From the NCBI GenBank assembly GCA_010356995.1, contig ML996690.1, positions 1,520,217 to 1,545,812 of the forward strand: DNA of 25,596 bases. The letters are read 5' to 3'. Below the pieces are notes generated by a model, which was given only the letters and a program-made list of their open reading frames with translations, was not told the DNA's origin and ran no database searches. The position numbers were made by a program, and so were the translations under genes. Below are positions 1-12,261 of the stretch, piece by piece (position 1 is the first letter of the stretch; each line of letters starts with the position of its first letter). Source of the stretch: Trichodelitschia bisporula (lineage: Eukaryota).

Positions 1-1685
1 CCCCGGCAGCAGCTCCCACTCCTGCTGCCGATTCTTCTACTGTCGCAGAGGAGTCAGCCATTTCCGCTTCGGTGAATGCGCAAGCAGCTACCACCGCCCC
101 CCATGTCCTGAATCAATCCGAGGAACCTCAGCCACAGGCAGCATCGCAATGTGTAAATGTCGATCCTGCAGCCCCGTCTACGGATACGTCTGAAAATGCT
201 GGTACTGCGGACGGCCACTCCCAAAACGAGCCGCCTTCCACTGCTGCCAGAGGCAAGCGCAAAACAGGCACGATAACCGATAAGAGAGCTCCGACCGCTC
301 CGGCGCGAAGAAATGCAAGGAATTCCACCACCCAGCCCGACGCTACGTCTGGTGATGACCAATCCGTCGAACCGTCTAGCCAGGCTCCTCCCGCGAAAAA
401 GGCCAGGAAGCCCCGGAAAGACAAGGGGCAGAAACGCACAGCAACGGACGCGCCTGATGCGATAGGCGCCTCTTCAAATGATGCGTCCGCAGAGGCGACT
501 GAAAACTCAGAACGTCCTGGAGGCTCGGCGCGGTTAGCAAATGCCGTAAAGCGCAAGCGTAAGGCGATGGCAAGGGCTGCAGCGCTGCAGGGCACGACCC
601 CCGTCGAAAATGATACTGCGTATGCAGACGAAGCTGCAGTCGACTCACAGACGGACTTGGACGAAGACTCTCAGCCGAAACGACGCCGCGGAAAGCGTGC
701 TACAACCCCCGAAGGGGCTGAAGACATGACCATCGAGCCGGAAACAGTGATGATGTTTGACATTGCCGGACGCGACCTTCGTATGGGCATGCCGAGCGAG
801 CGCGAGAAGCAGATGCAGCAGATCGACTGGGAAGAGGTCAAGAAACGGCGCAAGGAGGAAGAACGGCGCATGGCATTTTCTCGGGGACGCAAAGACGATG
901 AAGATGCAGATGAGGCCGCTGGCAATGACGGCGCTGCCGGCGGCGAGGACGGAGAGGAGGTTGATTTGGACGAGCAGCTCCGCAGGACAGTGCAGGCCAA
1001 TCGCAAAAGGCAACAGGCACTTAGAATCCGGCTGGTCAACGGCCAACACGAGATTGATGAAGACAGCCGGGTGGTCGACCGTCATGCCATGGTGGACGAG
1101 GAAATTGAGTTGCTGGAAGAGGTTGAAGAGGACGACTTGACCAAGCACTTCAACGTGCAGACATACGTCAACATGCGCCGACGCGTACCTGAGGAGAGAG
1201 TCCGCACCAACGAGCGCTGGACGGACACAGCGACGGACAAGTTCTACGCAGCACTTTCACAATTTGGGTGCGACTTCATGATCATCAGCCAGCTGTTCCC
1301 CGGACGCACACGACGCCAGGTTAAGGCAAAATTTGTCCGCGAAGAGCGTGCCGACCCAGAGCGTGTGCGCGAGGCGCTGCAGGGCCATGCGGGCGCTCCG
1401 GACGACGAGCGGTGGAGCCTCGATCTGTTTTCTCGCGAGACGGGCATGAAGCTGCGCGATCCGCGCGAGCTGGAGGATGAGCTGCGGCGTGAGCGCGAGT
1501 CGAAGCAGCAAGAGATTGAAGAGGCACGCAAGACGCGTGTGGAAATGGAGCGGCAGATGCGTCTTGCGGGGTTTGGGGCCGATGGCGAGGGCACCGAGCA
1601 AGGACGCAAGAAGAAGCGCGGCAGGGACAAGGGAGCTGCAGCTGGTGGGCAGGAGGTGGAGGTACTTGAGGAATTCAGCGACTAA
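1..1685 (+). CDS. BDP1: TFIIIB B'' subunit (Bdp1), 5'-truncated by the window edge
   Basis: The frame is open from base 3 to TAA at 1685, so the GTG at 72 is not the true start. A low-complexity N-terminus precedes a Bdp1-type SANT/Myb domain (WTDTATDKFYAALSQFGCDFMIISQLFPGRTRRQVKAKFVREERADPERV). Confidence 0.9.
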   Translation, partial: PAAAPTPAADSSTVAEESAISASVNAQAATTAPHVLNQSEEPQPQAASQCVNVDPAAPSTDTSENAGTADGHSQNEPPSTAARGKRKTGTITDKRAPTAPARRNARNSTTQPDATSGDDQSVEPSSQAPPAKKARKPRKDKGQKRTATDAPDAIGASSNDASAEATENSERPGGSARLANAVKRKRKAMARAAALQGTTPVENDTAYADEAAVDSQTDLDEDSQPKRRRGKRATTPEGAEDMTIEPETVMMFDIAGRDLRMGMPSEREKQMQQIDWEEVKKRRKEEERRMAFSRGRKDDEDADEAAGNDGAAGGEDGEEVDLDEQLRRTVQANRKRQQALRIRLVNGQHEIDEDSRVVDRHAMVDEEIELLEEVEEDDLTKHFNVQTYVNMRRRVPEERVRTNERWTDTATDKFYAALSQFGCDFMIISQLFPGRTRRQVKAKFVREERADPERVREALQGHAGAPDDERWSLDLFSRETGMKLRDPRELEDELRRERESKQQEIEEARKTRVEMERQMRLAGFGADGEGTEQGRKKKRGRDKGAAAGGQEVEVLEEFSD

Positions 1686-3110
1686 TGGCGGCATGTCATG
1701 GACAGTGGGTGATGAGAAGATGACTATGAACAGGCCGATGCCACCGCTATGGAGGCATTTCAGTGACTAGAGTCATGATACCTGTCATTCAAGTGTGCTA
1801 CGTTTGCGATTTTGTGGAGCTCTCTTAAGCGGTGGCTGCCTTCTCGTTGGTCGCTACACTGGAGCTTCGATTGCCTCCTCTGGTACTGGGTCCCGCCGAA
1901 GCTTTGCCTAACGTTTAGGGAATGCGTGGGCGGGCCGGGTCCTCTTGTGCGGACTCCTAGACTCGCTGACATGCCGGCTCTGCGCAATAGAACACTGGAC
2001 TCGGGCCGGGGAGGAGGGCGGAAAGACGGCAAGGGTGATGAGGCTGAACGAGGTCGGCGACCACATACGGCGTCGGTGAGCACTTTGACCAGGGGCACGG
2101 GCGGTCAAAGATGATCAGGCTGGGAGGGGAATTGTCGTATTTAGGTGGGCCAGCCAGGTGTTCTCAGGTTAAGGGCAGCACTGCTCTCACTTCTTGCACG
2201 ATACTGTAGGCCAGATCTTTCTTCGGGTGTTCCTTGCTAACACTATGCTAGGGTTGCTCCGGATCCTCATCAGCATCTTGGCTTGTTGTTACCATAACTG
2301 AGCCCTACCACAGTACAATATTCATCGGCTCGGCACAATGGACTTCGTTTGGCACTGTTGTTTCTGTCTCCGGTACTTCCACATATGTCTGGGCAGCACC
2401 TGCACCTCCTGCAGCCATATCAGGTGCGAGGGTTGTCAAGTGTCTGCTAGTGACCCTGCTGGTGGCAATACGGCCGGTCAGTAGAGAAAGGATGGCGGGG
2501 GGGTGGGAGGGTCAAGCGCAAGCAAGTCACATATCAACCGACGACGATTCCTACTTATCATTGCCGGCATGTCACCAGCTTCTTTTCTCCCACACCCAGG
2601 CGCCGCAAAGGCGGCAGCCAGATGCTCAAGGACAATGCAGGAAAGCTCCATGATCTGCTCTGCCCCACGTCACGCCCTTATCAACGGCACTTCATGGGGG
2701 TGGGATAAAAGTGCTCTCTGCCAGTTGCCTACAGTGGTTGACCACAGTATTAGTTCAATTAACACGCCACTTACATAGCATCCCACGCCAGAAAAGCAAT
2801 TGAGAGAAGAGAAAAAAAAGAGTCGGCTGCTGATCGGAAAAGGCCGCTTGCTTATTCCTTTTCCGACCGAAAGTCTCTGGTCCGATGCCAAGCAAGACCG
2901 CGGGGCACGAAAACGGAGTGGTGACGGTGTTTCCCCTCCTCTCCCCTCCCCCAATGCCCCACCAGCTTTCCCTTCTGAACCTTGCACCTCTTTTTGCAGA
3001 CCACACTGCAATCCAACAATCTCCAACCATCTCCAAACCTATACACTTCCATCCACCTTGATAGTTCAGATACCATACCCAGAGAACAAAAATCCAAAGA
3101 CATTGCCAAT

Positions 3111-4062
<952 letters not shown>

Positions 4063-4572
4063 CTACATGGCAGTGAAAGTGCCATCCCGGCCAATTTGTA
4101 AAGGGTACATGTAGAAGGGAATGGGCGCACAAAATTGAAATGTACTGTGGACAAGAGACACGAATTTATTCTCCAGGTCTAGACTGACTCGAAGCCCACT
4201 CGGCCAGCTCTGGTCGAATGAAAGCTTTCCAGACATGCTTCCGATGCGGTGATTCCGTCTATGGCATTTGACCGCCCCGCCGCGCGATGGGCGAGTCATA
4301 TCTTACAGTCTGTTTGATTGGGAGCGTCAGTTCAGCTGTTTGGCGCTGGTGAGCCTTTCCATCTGCTTCAGGCAGCAGTCGAGCATCATGCAAAGCAAGG
4401 ACCAAACTCCCTATGTTGTGATGTCTCAACAGACTTGCCAACAGCTCTCTTGAGCTTCCCACTTAAACCGCGAGCGCTCAGCTTCCCGAGCGATCTACCT
4501 CGTCAGTGCTCAAGCGGGGTTGCCATTGTGTCAATTTGTCCGACAATTGCCAAAAGGAATTCCGCCTGAGCA

Positions 4573-6156
4573 TCATGTCCTAGACGACCCAGCAACGGAG
4601 CCGGGCGCTTTGGGTGCTACCCTCTGGCCAGATTTTACGTCCTTCTGGGCCGCCAGTCTCCGCTTCGCAATATAGTCTTTGACCTGGTCGATGCGTGTGA
4701 CGAAAAAGCAGCGCTTCTCATCCTTCTTCCAGACCAACACGCCGAGGCTCTCAGCGTAGCGGCACACATCTTCATACTCGGGAAAGTTCGAAAAGTTGGC
4801 GAGCAGGAAGCCGCTGTTGGCCTCCATGCGGTCGCCCTGAATCTGCCAAAGGCGAATCTGGTCGACAACCGTGGGCGGCAGCACGGGCGGCGCGTGCTTG
4901 TACATTTGGGGGTGCGCGTGGGTCTGCAGATAGGAGATTATCTGGTCCGCCGTGATGCCTAAGTTGATGGCGCGCTGCACCGACTCCTTGGTCAGCTTGC
5001 CGGCGACCATGTCGGGGAAGCGCATTTTTAGCCGGGCAAAGAGGTCCAGCACGGCGATTTGGAGGAGCGAGGATGTGTAGGCGTAGATGCGGTGGTTTGT
5101 TTCCACGATGATGTAGCCCTTGCCGGCACCGGCGCCGGCGGCCTGGGCTGTGGTAACGGGTCCGGAGGGGGTGGACTTCACCGAAGTGGCGAGGAGGGCG
5201 CCGGCATCGGAGGTGAGGGTGGTGGCAAGCCTGGTCGGGTAGAAGCGCGACTGGTCGTCGGCGTGGCGATACACGAGGCCGAAATTGTTGAGGTCGTCGA
5301 GCATGGTCATCTGCGTTGGGGTCAGCGACGCGGTGCTGTAGTCCATGCCGAGCTCTAGGCTGCCGAGCATGAAGAGGAACGACAGCATCTCAACGGGCTC
5401 CATGTGTAAGGCCAACGCGTTCTCCAGATACACGATCAACAGGCTCCACACCTGAGCATTGGCTTCCTGCAGAAGGAAGGTGAAGCCCTCTTTGGTGATG
5501 GTGGCCCGTTCGTTTCGGATTGTGACGAACTGTCCGACCTCGAGCAGGGACTTGGTGCCGGTACTGATGATGTCCGCCTGTCCTAGTCCTTTACCCGTGC
5601 TACCGACCATGTAGTAAAGGATTGCTTCCCACCGGCGCCTCGCATGGCCGTCAAGGTCCTCGACAGTCATCCTGTTAGGGTCCCGTGTGGTGCATGGCAC
5701 GCCAAACGAGCGATGGTTGCCCTGGCCGGTCAGTGCCTCACGCAGAGAGCTGGCGAAGCTGCTGCTGAGCTTATAGGCACGCGGAGCGGCGGGCTCTGGC
5801 ACGACCTGGACGATGTGGAGGCGTTTGAGCGTACTTATGGATTCGTCAAGCTCTCTGGCTCTGTCAGTCATCCTCCGCGCACCGCCGCATCGAGGGGAGT
5901 ACTTGCACTTGCGACTCAGGGCGGATCCAGGCAAAGAGATCGGACTCGAGGATGGGTTGCGGCATGTAGAGGAGGGCCATGACTATTGTCTTCGCTGCTA
6001 GACATCAGCTTCGGACTGATGCACCGGGAATGTGGAGGTACCTAAGTGAGGCAGCATGCGGCGGAGGACGGCGAGGACAGCGGAAGGCTGCCTGTATAGA
6101 CGTGTGTAAGCCATACCTGGCTGTTGCTGCAGGTAGTCAAACAGTGTGGACGACAT
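4573..6156 (-). CDS. TFB2: TFIIH core subunit Tfb2/p52, 3 exons, about 492-494 aa
   Basis: Exons 6156-6042, 5994-5907 (or -5913) and 5854-4573. Motifs: LYRQPSAVLAVLRRMLPHLAKTIVMALLY, WEAILYYMVG, ITKEGFTFLLQEANAQVW, FYPTRLA, IIVETNHRIYAYT, GITADQIISYL, LPPTVVDQIRLWQ. Confidence 0.95.
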
Positions 6157-6650
6157 GGCTGCGGTGGTGGTGTTGTTATAATAATCGTGAAGGCCGGCCT
6201 CGACGCGTCAGCGATCGGCGCCGCTCCCTTTAACTACGTAGTACGGCACTGCACGGGCTAAGGGCCACCCGAAAAGAACTTATGGCCGGCCTCCCTCGGA
6301 ACCTTTGCGTACGGGACGGCCACGACATTTTCCAGAGGGATCGGCGGCCCGGCCCCGCCAACGCTAAGCTTCGGGCACGAAAAGTTTACTACGGTACGAT
6401 GAACGCGGCCATCGAACGTCATCGGCTTCACGACAATTGTCACCACCACATTGAAGAGTGTGAGAGAAGCATCAAAGGCAATTGATAATCCGTAGTAAGT
6501 ATTAGTCCGGGAGGGGAGGGGAATATCCCGTCCTTTTCTTCATGCAAAGCCACTTACAGATCCAGCGCCTTGACTGCCGTCACACCCACTGTCACCCCAC
6601 CTTGCCCCGTCATCGCGACAAACCCGCTTCTCCACCACCTCTCCTTCGCC
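6157..6650. promoter_or_regulatory. Divergent promoter region between TFB2 and ADE2
   Basis: 494 bp between head-to-head start codons. Contains ACGCGT (6203-6208), the palindrome ACTACGTAGT (6233-6242) and CACGAAA (6376-6382). The function of these motifs is unproven. Confidence 0.6.
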
Positions 6651-8354
6651 ATGAACAAAACAATTGGCGTCCTCGGTGGCGGCCAACTCGGGCGCATGCT
6701 GGCTGAGTCTGCAAACAGACTCAACATCAAGCTCGTCGCGCTCGACAAGCCCGCCGCCCCAGCAAAGCAAATCACCGCACATGGCGCTCATGTCGACGGG
6801 TCGTTCAAAGACCCCGCATCCATCCGCGCCCTCGCCTCAGCGGTCGACGTCCTGACAATTGAGATTGAGCATGTCGATGCCGTCGTGCTCGCCGAGGTCG
6901 AAGCAGCAGGCACACCTGTACACCCCGCTCCGAGCACCATCCGCCTCATCCAGGACAAATTCGAGCAAAAAAGGCACTTGCGCGCTGCGGGCATCGCCGT
7001 ACCAGATTTCGTTGGCTTGGAATCGAATTCAATGGAGGAGCTTGCGCGAGTTGGCGACCTTCTTGGTTACCCCTACATGCTGAAGTCCCGCAAGGAAGCC
7101 TACGACGGTCGGGGCAACTTCCCCGTCTCGTCCCGCGACTCTATCCCCGCTGCGCAGGCTGCGCTCGCGGGCCGACCACTCTACGCCGAACGCTGGTGTC
7201 CCTTCGAATGCGAACTCGCTGTTATCGTTGTGCAGACCTCGACTGACACCCTGACCTACCCTGCTGTGGAGACTGTCCACGCCGACTCCATCTGCAAACT
7301 CGTCTATGCGCCCGCACGAAACATATCTACTGCAACCGCCGCCGCTGCGTCGGCTCTTGCCAGACGTGCCGTAGCCTCATTCTCGGGCCGTGGCATTTTT
7401 GCCGTTGAGCTCTTCCTCCAGCCGAGCGGGGACTTGTTGGTCAATGAAATCGCTCCGCGCCCGCACAACTCCGGCCACTGGACCATCGAGGCCTGTCCTC
7501 TTAGCCAATTCGATGCCCACCTCCGTGCCGTCCTTGACCTCCCTCTCCCACCCTCTTCGCTCCTTCCCCGGGAGCCAGCCATCATGCTAAATATCCTCGG
7601 CGGGGCCGCATCCGGAGCGCACCTCGCCCTAGTCGACGCGGCTCTTGCCACTCCACGTTGCTCCGTACACCTCTACGGCAAAGGTCCCGGCACGCCGGGC
7701 CGTAAAATGGGTCACATTACGCTTACCGCTCCGTCTATGTCCGAGGCTTCGGCGCTCATGGCGCCGCTGGTGCACGTAGCGGACCAAATCGCCGCGCGTG
7801 TTGGCGCCGACGTCCCGCCGCCCTTGGCAGCCCCGGCGCCACTGGTCGCCGTGATTATGGGCTCAGACAGTGACCTGCCGACACTAGCGCCGTGCCTCGA
7901 CCTCCTTGAGAAGCTCGATATCCCAGCCGACGCGCACGTCACGAGCGCCCACCGCACGCCCGCCGAAATGGCTTCGTTTGCATCTCGCGCCGCCCAGCGC
8001 GGATACAAGGTCATCATTGCGGCGGCGGGCGGCGCGGCGCACCTGCCCGGCATGGCGGCGGCATACACGCCTCTGCCGGTGATCGGCGTGCCGGTGAAGG
8101 GGAGCAGCACGGATGGAATGGACAGTTTGCTTAGCATCGTCCAGATGCCGCGTGGGGTCCCGGTTGCTACGGTTGCCATTGGGAATGGGGTTAACGCGGC
8201 GTTGTTGGCGGCGAGGATATTGGGCGTGCATGATGTGAGGGTGCGGGAGCGAGTGGAGCGGTATGCTAGTGAGGCGCATGCTGAAGTGCGGGGGAAGGAG
8301 GGACGGTTGGAGGGTATGGGGTGGCGGGAGTATCTCCAGGGGATGAAAAAATAG
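6651..8354 (+). CDS. ADE2: Phosphoribosylaminoimidazole carboxylase (PurK-PurE fusion), intronless, 567 aa
   Basis: ATG at 6651 in GCC-ATG context. PurK/ATP-grasp motifs: IGVLGGGQLGRM, AYDGRGN, NEIAPRPHNSGH, HLYGK..RKMGH. PurE motifs: IMGSDSDL, SAHRTP, AGGAAHLPGM, SIVQMPRGVPVATVAI. Confidence 0.98.
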   Translation: MNKTIGVLGGGQLGRMLAESANRLNIKLVALDKPAAPAKQITAHGAHVDGSFKDPASIRALASAVDVLTIEIEHVDAVVLAEVEAAGTPVHPAPSTIRLIQDKFEQKRHLRAAGIAVPDFVGLESNSMEELARVGDLLGYPYMLKSRKEAYDGRGNFPVSSRDSIPAAQAALAGRPLYAERWCPFECELAVIVVQTSTDTLTYPAVETVHADSICKLVYAPARNISTATAAAASALARRAVASFSGRGIFAVELFLQPSGDLLVNEIAPRPHNSGHWTIEACPLSQFDAHLRAVLDLPLPPSSLLPREPAIMLNILGGAASGAHLALVDAALATPRCSVHLYGKGPGTPGRKMGHITLTAPSMSEASALMAPLVHVADQIAARVGADVPPPLAAPAPLVAVIMGSDSDLPTLAPCLDLLEKLDIPADAHVTSAHRTPAEMASFASRAAQRGYKVIIAAAGGAAHLPGMAAAYTPLPVIGVPVKGSSTDGMDSLLSIVQMPRGVPVATVAIGNGVNAALLAARILGVHDVRVRERVERYASEAHAEVRGKEGRLEGMGWREYLQGMKK

Positions 8355-8997
8355 GTGAACCCTCGAGAATTACTTGCATCACGTTTGGAAGGCATTGTGT
8401 GTCTCGCTGATATGGATGAGCATAGCCCGTTTTTGTGTACTTTGTCGTTGCTTAAGTCACTGATTTAGCATCAAGGTACTCGTGCAGTTCATCCATCAGC
8501 TCAAAGTCCTATGCGCAATGCAGGGCGATACACACAAGGGCTTCTCTCGCTTCAACGATAAAGTGTCCTGAGATTCATATATTGTACTTGGGATGCTGGC
8601 ACACGATCTCGATTACTTTTAGACGACGTGAGGCTGAAAGGCCGGCACACCCGATGTTTCTCGGACTGAGAGCCAATATGAATATGCAACTCGCTAATGT
8701 GCCTTGAGCGCCAGCCACTCCTCGAGCAACAAGGCTGAAGCCGAGGATACGGATGGACCGCGATGCCAACGCAGCCTCGCAGGGCCGGTTCTCCATCTCT
8801 AGCCTAGGAAAAGCGTGAGGAGTACGGTAGAAAAAAAGAGACGCAAAACGGAGTGGCAATAAGGGACCCCTTGCCCTGCCTTCTTTAGCAAATCTCAACA
8901 GCGTGGTGTGACGGGAGCATCAATCAAGCGGGTACACATTAATCTACAAAATGTGACTGGGGTGAGCAGTACATCGCCACACTTCATCGCCACACGC

Positions 8998-9921
8998 TTA
9001 AGCCTCATCGTCAGCCCAGAGTCCGTTCGACTTCGGGATGCCGCCCTTGCCCTTCGGACTACCCTTTGCCGCACCAAGGCCACCCTTTGCACCCCCAAGG
9101 CCGCCCTTTGCACCCCCGAGACCGCCCTTTGCACCACCGGCACCTCCAAGGCCACCGAGACCACCGGCACCTCCAGGCATACCGCCAGAGGCACCTCCGA
9201 GTCCGCCGAGACCACCGGCGCCTGCAGGCGCGCCGCCAGGGGCACCACCAGCAGCGCTGGGAACACCGGTCATCTTCGGCAATTGTGCCAGGATCTCGGG
9301 CGGAATGGTGAAGGAGGCCTGGGTACCCTTGAGGATGGCAATAACCTGGTCAATGGCATTGTCCAGCATCTTGTCCATCTCCGCCTCGCTCGGCATGGGC
9401 GGCAGGGTCACTCCCGCCGGCAGCTTGGGAGCGCTACCCTTGGAGCTGGGCGGGATTTGGGACGTGATGGCCTTGTTGAGGGCGCTGAACACCGGCTTCT
9501 CGCTTTTCAGCAGGTCGCCAATCTTGTCCACCTGGCCCGACCCCTTGATGATGTCCACCTTCGCCGAAATGTCCTGGAAGGTCTGGTTGAGGGCTTTGAT
9601 AGTAGCCATGCCGGGCGTCAGCAAGCTCAGCGCGTCCGTGATGCCCTTGAAGGGCGGCGAGGCGGCCATCTTGGCTGACTGGGCCGACGTTACTTCACCC
9701 AGGTGCTTGCCCTTAGCGACGATGACGTCGATTTGTGTCGCCGCGTTGCCCGCCGTCAGCGCTGCGATGGCAGCGTCCAACTCCTTGATAGCCGGGGTCA
9801 GAGCGGTCAGTGCGGTCTTGACGGCCGGTGCGTTGGCCTGAGTGAAGGTGTCGCGGCGCGCATGCTGGCCGGCAGCGACGAGCCCGGCCGTGGCGAGCGT
9901 GATCCATGTGGTAATATGCAT
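8998..9921 (-). CDS. Secreted HsbA/Mp1p-like (hydrophobic surface-binding or cell-wall) helical protein with Gly/Lys-rich tail, 307 aa
   Basis: Signal peptide MHITTWITLATAGLVAAG, then a dibasic RR site. An amphipathic helical domain follows, resembling the HsbA family (VKTALTAL..AIKELDAAIAAL, ISAKVDII, LNKAITSQIP). The C-terminus has GGLGGAK repeats. The family call is from pattern resemblance only. Confidence 0.7.
   Translation of the reverse strand: MHITTWITLATAGLVAAGQHARRDTFTQANAPAVKTALTALTPAIKELDAAIAALTAGNAATQIDVIVAKGKHLGEVTSAQSAKMAASPPFKGITDALSLLTPGMATIKALNQTFQDISAKVDIIKGSGQVDKIGDLLKSEKPVFSALNKAITSQIPPSSKGSAPKLPAGVTLPPMPSEAEMDKMLDNAIDQVIAILKGTQASFTIPPEILAQLPKMTGVPSAAGGAPGGAPAGAGGLGGLGGASGGMPGGAGGLGGLGGAGGAKGGLGGAKGGLGGAKGGLGAAKGSPKGKGGIPKSNGLWADDEA
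9040..9260 (-). repeat. Coding low-complexity tandem repeats (GGLGGAK, GGAP, AGGLGGLGGA)
   Basis: Approximately 21-nt units such as GCCGCCCTTTGCACCCCC.AG are visible on the + strand. Confidence 0.85.
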
Positions 9922-9940
9922 GGCGAAAAGGAGTGACTTT

Positions 9941-10008
9941 CTGACGTAGCGTTAGCATCGCAAACCTAGTTGGCGTTTACACTTCGGCTCAAGCCCGCGC
10001 GTACTTAC
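9941..10008 (-). other. 5'-UTR intron of the HsbA-like gene (68 nt)
   Basis: On the minus strand: GTAAGT donor at 10008, GCTAAC branch site, CAG acceptor at 9941 (19 nt before the ATG). A TATAAG lies near 10107-10112. Confidence 0.75.
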
Positions 10009-12261
10009 CGACAAGTTCAGGCCCTGGGCAAAAAATGAGAGACGAGGTACGACAAGGCTGAGAGGTGCTGTGAGGGACGGCCTCCGAGGGGACGATGCGG
10101 TTTCCTCTTATACTACAGACACATACTCTACTTACCACTGCTCGAGACGAGCTTCCACCATGTTGCCGCACCAGGCGCTCACACGGCGCGCCACTCCCTT
10201 CGCTTCGGTAAGGATATTGGCCTTTGACACTTGCCCTCGTACCTTTTCCCCACCTTTCACTCCCATGCCACGCGAGTTGAGCTGGCCGCCCTAGGTAAAA
10301 AATTGTTGGGTCGCTTAATACAGAGTGCAAAGCGTGGGGCCCCGCTTGCTGCAATATATGACGTGCAGAGCAAGAGTGGCAAGACGAAGATGAGGAGACG
10401 CACGGCTCGCAGTCACGCAACAAGCTGGCCAATGGGATGCAGAATTCCACCAATGGTAATCTCGTCTGCGGAGGAAACCGATCAAAGGGCGATTTCGGGG
10501 GAGGATGGGCCTGAGATGGAGTCCGATAGTGGCCCGGGTATCTGCGATCATGGGTGGGGGCGGGCTTCTGGACCGCACACGCCCCCAGGGCATCGGCATG
10601 CGGGTTTGCGGAGAACCATGCGTCGCATCTTAAGACCATTTTCGGCGATGGTTGGCGGCAAAGCTTGAGTCGCGCGATGCGCATGCCGATTGTGGGACCT
10701 AAGCCGGCGAGGGGATCCCGGGCCAACCGACTGACGCCACTAATGGTAAGCGGGAGTGCAATCAGGAATACAGTAGAGTCATAGCCGATAAGCGACGCAT
10801 GACAAGTCTAGGTTTGGAATGGCATGCTCGGCGCAGACTTTTTGAGTGGCAGGTTTTGACAGGCCTTTGCCACAGCCTAAGCAGCTCCACAACCGCGCAA
10901 GGCTGAAAAGATGCGAAAAGCTTCCGAGTCTGCGACTACAGATTCGTGGCAAGGTGCTGGATATCGTATGATTTAACAGCATCTTCGAGCCCACACAGAA
11001 TCGGCACGAGAGGACGGAACATGTTGTATCTCTGCGCAGGGCTCCGGTCGCGCATACGAGGCAAAAGTGCGCAAGAATCTCCCATCGTGTCTTTACAAGC
11101 GAGGTTCAAATAAAGGCGCCAAGCGCATGAACCTGGCGCGGCAACCTGCGCTTCACGGCATTCGGCGGCGCAGCCGGCGGATATCCCGGCCCTAAATGGA
11201 CGACCAGTGAAATACTACTGACTCCTCGCCGGGATTACTAGGCGCCTAACCCCAGAATGGCAACTGTGGAGGCATAATGCATCTTAGGGCTGATGGCTTA
11301 CCTGGATTTGCACTACACCACCACTACCCACTCCTCGCTTGGCCTAATTGGTCGCAAAGCGGCATGGAATCCCCCCCCGCAACGATGAGGAAACATGGCG
11401 TACGGTAGGCTCAAGCGAAGTTCAACAGCCGCCATTGGCCCGGATCAACGACAAGCTGAAGCTGGAATGAAATTCCACATACAGCTGCCACTAGCAAGTC
11501 GCGTTGATGATACATCCGCATGTGATGCGGCCAGAATATCAAAAGTCTCGAATAAAGTGGGCAACGCCGAACCGGTGCCTGGGGTTGCACACAGCAGGGG
11601 AAACCGCTCAAGGACGTCGAGCAGTATGAGCATGTCCGGACTTTCCGTGCCACGCGAAACAGGCCCGGGAGAGTGGAAGACACCGGCATGGGATGCTGAC
11701 ATCGGATATACCGAAACGTGGGCAAGCGGTCGGGGCCGGAGCCTTGGGCAGTCGGCTCTTCCGCATAGCTGGAAGTTGTCCTCCGAAAGCGCGTCAAGAC
11801 ATCATGCTGCACTGAGCGGGTGGATGCATTGCTATGCGGCGGCCGGTCTCGTTGCTCGGAGACCAAGGGTTGAACGCCTGATTGTCGCTGTAGTCTGAGT
11901 ACTGGTTTGCACGCCATCTGATTCTAAGCACAGGGCAAACCTTCCAGTTGCAGCATCCCACAGGTCGTTCCTACATGCGGAAACCCGGCAAGTTGCCTAA
12001 CCCGTTCGCTCTTCCGTGTGGCGTTCAAGTTTCGGGTTTGGCAGATCTGTACAACGCTCTTGCAAGGCGGTGAATGGACAGGGTATCGTCAGGCTGAAGG
12101 TTCAGGAGAAGGGGTCCAGGAGTGGAGCTGGGATTACTCATGCGGTACGTAGTTAGGTGTTTAGATAAAGTCCCAGTTGTTCTCCACCCCAAATTTCAAG
12201 CGTTGTGAGGACGTCAAACTCGGCACCGCACAGTCCCCAGCATTCTGAGTCCATGAATTCC

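Noticed and set aside
1760..3030. Short ORFs between BDP1 and TPI1
   Set aside because: They have no recognisable motifs or coherent splice model, and mostly non-ATG starts. The region is consistent with UTR and promoter sequence.
6570..6650. N-terminal extension of ADE2 from TTG
   Set aside because: It uses a non-ATG start, and homology begins at ATG 6651.
9038..9841. Pro-rich 267-aa ORF and overlapping 256-aa ORF (8908-9678) on the + strand
   Set aside because: These are antisense shadows of the Gly-rich minus-strand gene, which has the signal peptide, 5'-UTR intron and TATA box.
11101..11112. tRNA or Pol III B-box-like GGTTCAAAT
   Set aside because: There is no surrounding cloverleaf or A box.
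9989..11917. ORFs of 245, 167 and 168 aa in the long intergenic region
   Set aside because: Composition looks random and no domain motifs are present. Such ORFs are expected by chance at this GC content.
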